From positions 216,628,001-216,692,000 of the forward strand of contig OX597814.1 of NCBI GenBank assembly GCA_951406725.2: a stretch of DNA of 64,000 bases, read 5' to 3'. Below, one piece after another: positions 58,606 to 64,000 of the stretch (positions within the stretch are counted from its first letter, which is position 1; each line of letters begins with the position of its first letter). A model generated the notes under the pieces. The model searched no databases. It saw only the letters and a program-made list of their open reading frames with translations, and was not told where the DNA came from. Origin of the DNA: Octopus vulgaris. Lineage: Eukaryota. A program made the translations under genes and the position numbers.

Positions 58606-61254
58606 TCGTCAGAGCTAAAATGCGTGCCTTAAGGAACGAAGGGATCGAAGCTGCGCGAGAGGCCCGGGTGGCGGAGGCACAGCGTGGCAACAGAGCCACC
58701 ATTCGGTCTCTAATAGATCAACAGGGATGCAGTTTACTCGAACCCAAAAGGATGTGTGAGGCCTTTCAACAGCACTTTGCTCGACTGCTTGATGCGAGTG
58801 GTGGGTCGGAACGCGGTCTCGATTTCAGTACCTACCTGACCGACCTACCGCGGCTCTCGGCAAGAGAAGCGGAGTGTTGTGAAAGTCCCATCACAGCCGC
58901 AGACGTGCGGGATGCGATGGTGGGCTGCGCGAGGGATAAGTCGCCTGGATTGGATGGTTTACCCTACGAGCTGTATTGTCAAATGCCAGACTTGTTTGGC
59001 GACCTCTTGGCATCAGTCTACTGCAACTGGCAACAAAACGAGAGAATCCCCGGTTTCGTGAGCCGAGGTGCAGTAACGTTGCTGAAGAAAGACCCAAACA
59101 AGGGGAATTTTATAGATAATTTCAGGCCCATCACTCTGCCCAACGCAGATTTGAAAATTTTGGCCAAAGTAATAGCCGAGAGGTTGGCGCTTGTCATTGG
59201 TAAACTGGTCGACAGGGTGCAAGCATGCGCCGTGCCGGGCAGAACTATACATGACAACCTCCATCTGATGCGCTACATTGTGGACAGGGTAGTTAAGGAT
59301 CCTGGCATGGGTGGGGCGCTGATCAATTTGGATCAGTCTAAAGCCTTCGATAGGGTCGACCATCGGTACTTGGCGGCCGTCCTCAGGGCGGCTGGCTTCG
59401 GTCCCGTCTTCCGCGGTTGGATCACTGCCTTGTATAGCGGCATCCGATCGGTGATTCGGGTGAACGGCTACCTCTCGAAACCGTTTGACATCACGCGTTC
59501 GGTCCGTCAGGGGTGTCCCCTGTCGGCGCTTCTGTATGTAATGACTCTCGAGCCGCTACTGTGGAGGCTGGCGACACTGAGAGGCATCTCACGGGAACTG
59601 GGTTGCGGGACGAGCGTGTCGGCATATGCGGACGATGTCACCGTCATAGTGTCGAGCGACAAACACATCCAGATGATAGGACAGACACTAAGAAAATACG
59701 AAACGATGACGGGAACGAAGATCAACACGGAAAAGTCAATGGGTTTGCTACTCGGCACTTGGAGAAGCAAGCCCATGCCGTCCGACTGCGGCTCAGTAGT
59801 GGGACGCTGGACGGACGGACCGGTTAAATTGCTCGGGGTCTGGTTCAGTCTGGACCTCCAAATGGATAAGAACTGGGACGAGATCACGAGTAGAGTGGTC
59901 GCTCTCAGCCAAACATGGGCCGAGAGAAAGCTGTCGCTAAAAGGTCGGGCGGAGGTGGCGAACGCGTACATCGCATCCGTCATCGATTACCGCCTGACCG
60001 TCGTGCCTTGTCCCGACTCCACCATCACCAAACTGGAGCGCATACTCTTCCGCTTCCTGTGGAAGGGTGGCGTTCCGATGGTGAGGAAGTCCATTTGCTG
60101 TCAACATCCGTTGAATGGAGGACTGGGCATGCCGTGGTTGATGATTCGCAGGCATGCGCTGAGACTGCGACATCTCTGGAACTTCATCGATGACGGTGAA
60201 CAGATGTGGGCGCCGTTTGTGAGGCGCGCCTTCCCGCAGCTCGTCTCACTGACCGAACTGCAAACGTGGATCAAGAAGAGACCGAAACTGGGCGATTGGC
60301 ACCGAGAGTGTCGCCAAGCTCTACAGCAGTTCTATAGAGGACTAGTGGAAGGGAGGTCCGACGACACACTCGGGGCAAACCTGGGCGTCGACGAGAAATT
60401 CCTAACCCGCCTGTTCAGGACGACGTTCGGGCCGGGGCCTATGGATAACTTCCAGAAATCCCTGGCTTGGCAATGCTATCGAGATGCACTACCTGTTCGA
60501 GAGAAGAGCTACAGGCACAGTTCGAAAACCATCACCGGACCGACCTGCCCGAGATGCGGTCAGAGCGACGAAACCGTTCTGCACGCACTCGTGCAGTGTC
60601 CAGATATTTCAGAGCTGTGGACCTTCGTCGAACAGCTGTTGTCGCGTGTAGGACGGGCCCGCTTATCGGCCGAGTCTTTCGTGAATATTATTCCACCACC
60701 TTCGTTTAAACGGGAAGGGAAAACGGTTTCCGTTACGCTGATGGCTATGGCGAAAGAATGTGTGTGGTGGACGCGTTTGAAAGGACTGCAAACAAACACC
60801 TTCCTCTCTGGTCAGTCTCTCGTCAACTTTTTCAAGTACCACTTGAAAAGGAGGATGAGAATAGAGAGGAAGGCTTTGTCGAACGGATGTTTTAATAAAA
60901 AGTGGGTAAAAGTGGCAAAAATGGTCAGTATGAAAGATGACTCTATTTTAAGCGTAAATCTGTAACCAAAAGAGACAACGAGAGGTAAGGTGACTTACTC
61001 ATGTGTTCATTTTCGAACTGTCTGAGGTGACCTTGGTCTTTGTTGTAGGTTTTTCTTTCCAAGGCTACACCTAAACTGTGAACTTTATATATATATAATG
61101 CTTTTTTATACACCACACAACCCACAGATCCCTATTGATCAAACGTTTTTTTTTCTTTTGTGCCCCACCCATCCCACCTCGAAAAGAAAAAATTCTACAT
61201 TGTATTTCGTCTATTTTTATTTTGTGTTTAGCCCTGTGTGGCTACAATAAAAAG

Positions 61255-61256
<2 letters not shown>
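58606..61256 (+). mobile_element. 5'-truncated Tx1-like LINE (781-aa open ORF2 portion) followed by (TATC)n
   Basis: Homologous to 52870-55565; same 3' end AGCCCTGTGTGGCTA..AATAAA. Confidence 0.95.
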
Positions 61257-61316
<60 letters not shown>

Positions 61317-61469
61317 CTCTCTCTATATATATATATATATATACCTATCTATCTATCTGTCTCTCTCTCTGTCTATCTATCTACCTATCTATAGATGTCA
61401 ATCTCTCTCCGTCTCAGTAACTCTCTCTCTCTCTCTCTTTTCTCCCTTATTATATATATCGCTATATAA

Positions 61470-61710
61470 CTCCGGCTTAATTCTTTACTACCCACAAGGG
61501 GCTAAACACAGAGGGGACGAACAAGGACAGACAAACGGATTAAGTCGATTATATCGACCCCAGTGCGTAACTGGTACTTATTTAATCGACCCCGAAAGGA
61601 TAAAAGGCAAAGTCGACCTCGGCGGAATTTGAACTCACAACATAACGGCGGACGAAATGCCACAAAGCATTTGGTCCGGCGTGCTAACTTTTCTGCTAGC
61701 TCGCCGCCTT
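61470..61710 (-). mobile_element. tRNA-derived SINE
   Basis: Reverse complement AAGGCGGCGAGCTAGCAGAAAAGTTAGCACGCCGGAC...GAGTTCAAATTCCGCCGAGGTCGAC. Confidence 0.82.
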
Positions 61711-62666
61711 CTTATTGATTCTCTTACTTCATACTCTGTTTTCCTCACATCCGCTTTCTCCTCTCTCTCTCTCTCTCTCTCTCTCTTTCCTACCCTCGCT
61801 CCCCCTTCTCTCTCTCTCTCTATTCCTCGCATCTACATCATATATACGAATTATCCCTCTTTCTCTCCTTTCTCTCACCATCTCGTTACACATTCATTTT
61901 AATCACTCCACCTCCCTTGCTACGTCACTTACCTTATCCTCTCCCTCACTTGCCGCAACTCTATGTCTCATACTCACCCCCTCTCTTTCTCTGTTACCCC
62001 CCATGCATTAACGTATCACACCCCGCCCTCTCCCTTTTCCCACTACCCCACCGCATTATACATTACCCTTTCCCTCTTCCTTTAATTTTATTTCTCAGAC
62101 GCTTCTGTCCTAATAAATTATATTTTCAGATTTGCCTTAAAATTGTTTTCTTGTTTACGTTGATTACTAACTAATTAATTATTTAACTAATTTAATGAAA
62201 ATAGTTCAGTCATTGAAGGACAATTTAAGAAACCTTTATTAAAAGAATTGTCTTATAGAGGACTTCACATCATGCTAGGAATAACTGTCAAGTGCACAGA
62301 AATTTGTGTTCTTTTTCATAGAGAACTGAAAGGTCTTAAAGAATCATAAATCTGCCCCCGTCAAAGTGGTCAGTATTGATGTTGAAAACACAAACCAAGG
62401 GACTTTAAATTCACTTTGTTTATCCTTTTTTTATGTATGTAAGTGAAGGATAACTTCAGAAAACTTTATGAAACAATCTGACCCCTAAATTGTCTCGCAT
62501 CATTCAAGAAAGACCAACGATGCTTTTATGAAACGTATTGTTCTACAGGTGGTCCGGTATCTTGCTAGAAATAATAGCTCATTGTATTATTTTCATGCAA
62601 GACTGAAGGATACTTTAAAAAGCATCTGGAGAAATATTGTCCTTCTGGTGGTCTTACGTGATGCTA

Positions 62667-63444
<778 letters not shown>

Positions 63445-63489
63445 ACTCTCCCTCCTCCTCTTTTCAAAGAACGAAAGAATCACTTCGAC

Positions 63490-63499
63490 TTTCTTTCGT

Positions 63500-63535
<36 letters not shown>

Positions 63536-63928
63536 TACGGCTTTCTTTCCTCCTTTCTTTCTTTCTTTACTGCTTTCTTTCCTGCTTTCTTTCCTGCTTT
63601 CTTTCGTTCTATCTTTCTTTCTTTCTTTACGGCTTTCTTTCCTCCTTTCTTTCTTTCTTTACTGCTTTCTTTCCTGCTTTCTTTCGTTCTATCTTTCTTT
63701 CTTTCTTTACGGCTTTCTTTCCTCCTTTCTTTCTTTCTTTCCTTCTTGTTTCTTTATCTTTTTGAGCCTTTGTTTCTTTTTTCTTCCTTTACATACTTCT
63801 TTCATTCCTTGTTTTCTTGTTCTTTCTTTCTTTCCTCTTTCTTTTTATCCTTCTTTCTTTCTCACCTTTTTCCTTTCCTTCTTTCTTTCGTTTTTCTCTT
63901 TCCTTTTCTCTCTCTATCTTTCTCTCTT

Positions 63929-63959
<31 letters not shown>

Positions 63960-64000
63960 CTTTCTTTCTTTCTATTTGTTCCTAGCCTTGTTTCCTTCTT
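63490..64000. repeat. (CTTT)n-derived polypyrimidine tract with a higher-order ~80 bp repeat
   Basis: Recurring CTTTCGTTCTATCTTT...ACGGCTTT...ACTGCTTT blocks. Confidence 0.8.

Overview
Repeat-dense, AT-rich eukaryotic DNA with one 100-N gap (8357-8456). The SINE repertoire and (TA)n/(TATC)n abundance suggest a coleoid cephalopod, probably Octopus (inference). Host content is two convergent, paralogous adhesion-GPCR-like genes. The + strand gene has phase-compatible exons for a Ly6/uPAR-like Cys domain, a SEA-like module and a hormone-receptor (HRM) domain, then a duplicated SEA-like block and a terminal exon ending ETNF, with no recognisable GAIN/7TM exons. The - strand gene shows TM4, TM5-7 and a homologous terminal exon ending ETNL. 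The rest is mobile DNA. It includes two Hydra-like Penelope-like elements (PLEs) whose 3' pseudo-LTRs carry minimal hammerhead ribozyme motifs with a long covarying stem II, degenerate Penelope/Poseidon-type PLEs and non-coding hammerhead-bearing mini-elements in inverted arrangements. It also includes CR1-, Tx1-, RTE- and Dong/R4-type LINEs, a non-autonomous Helitron, Tigger and MULE relics, a solo LTR and many tRNA-derived SINEs. All calls are from manual reading; no searches or folding were run.
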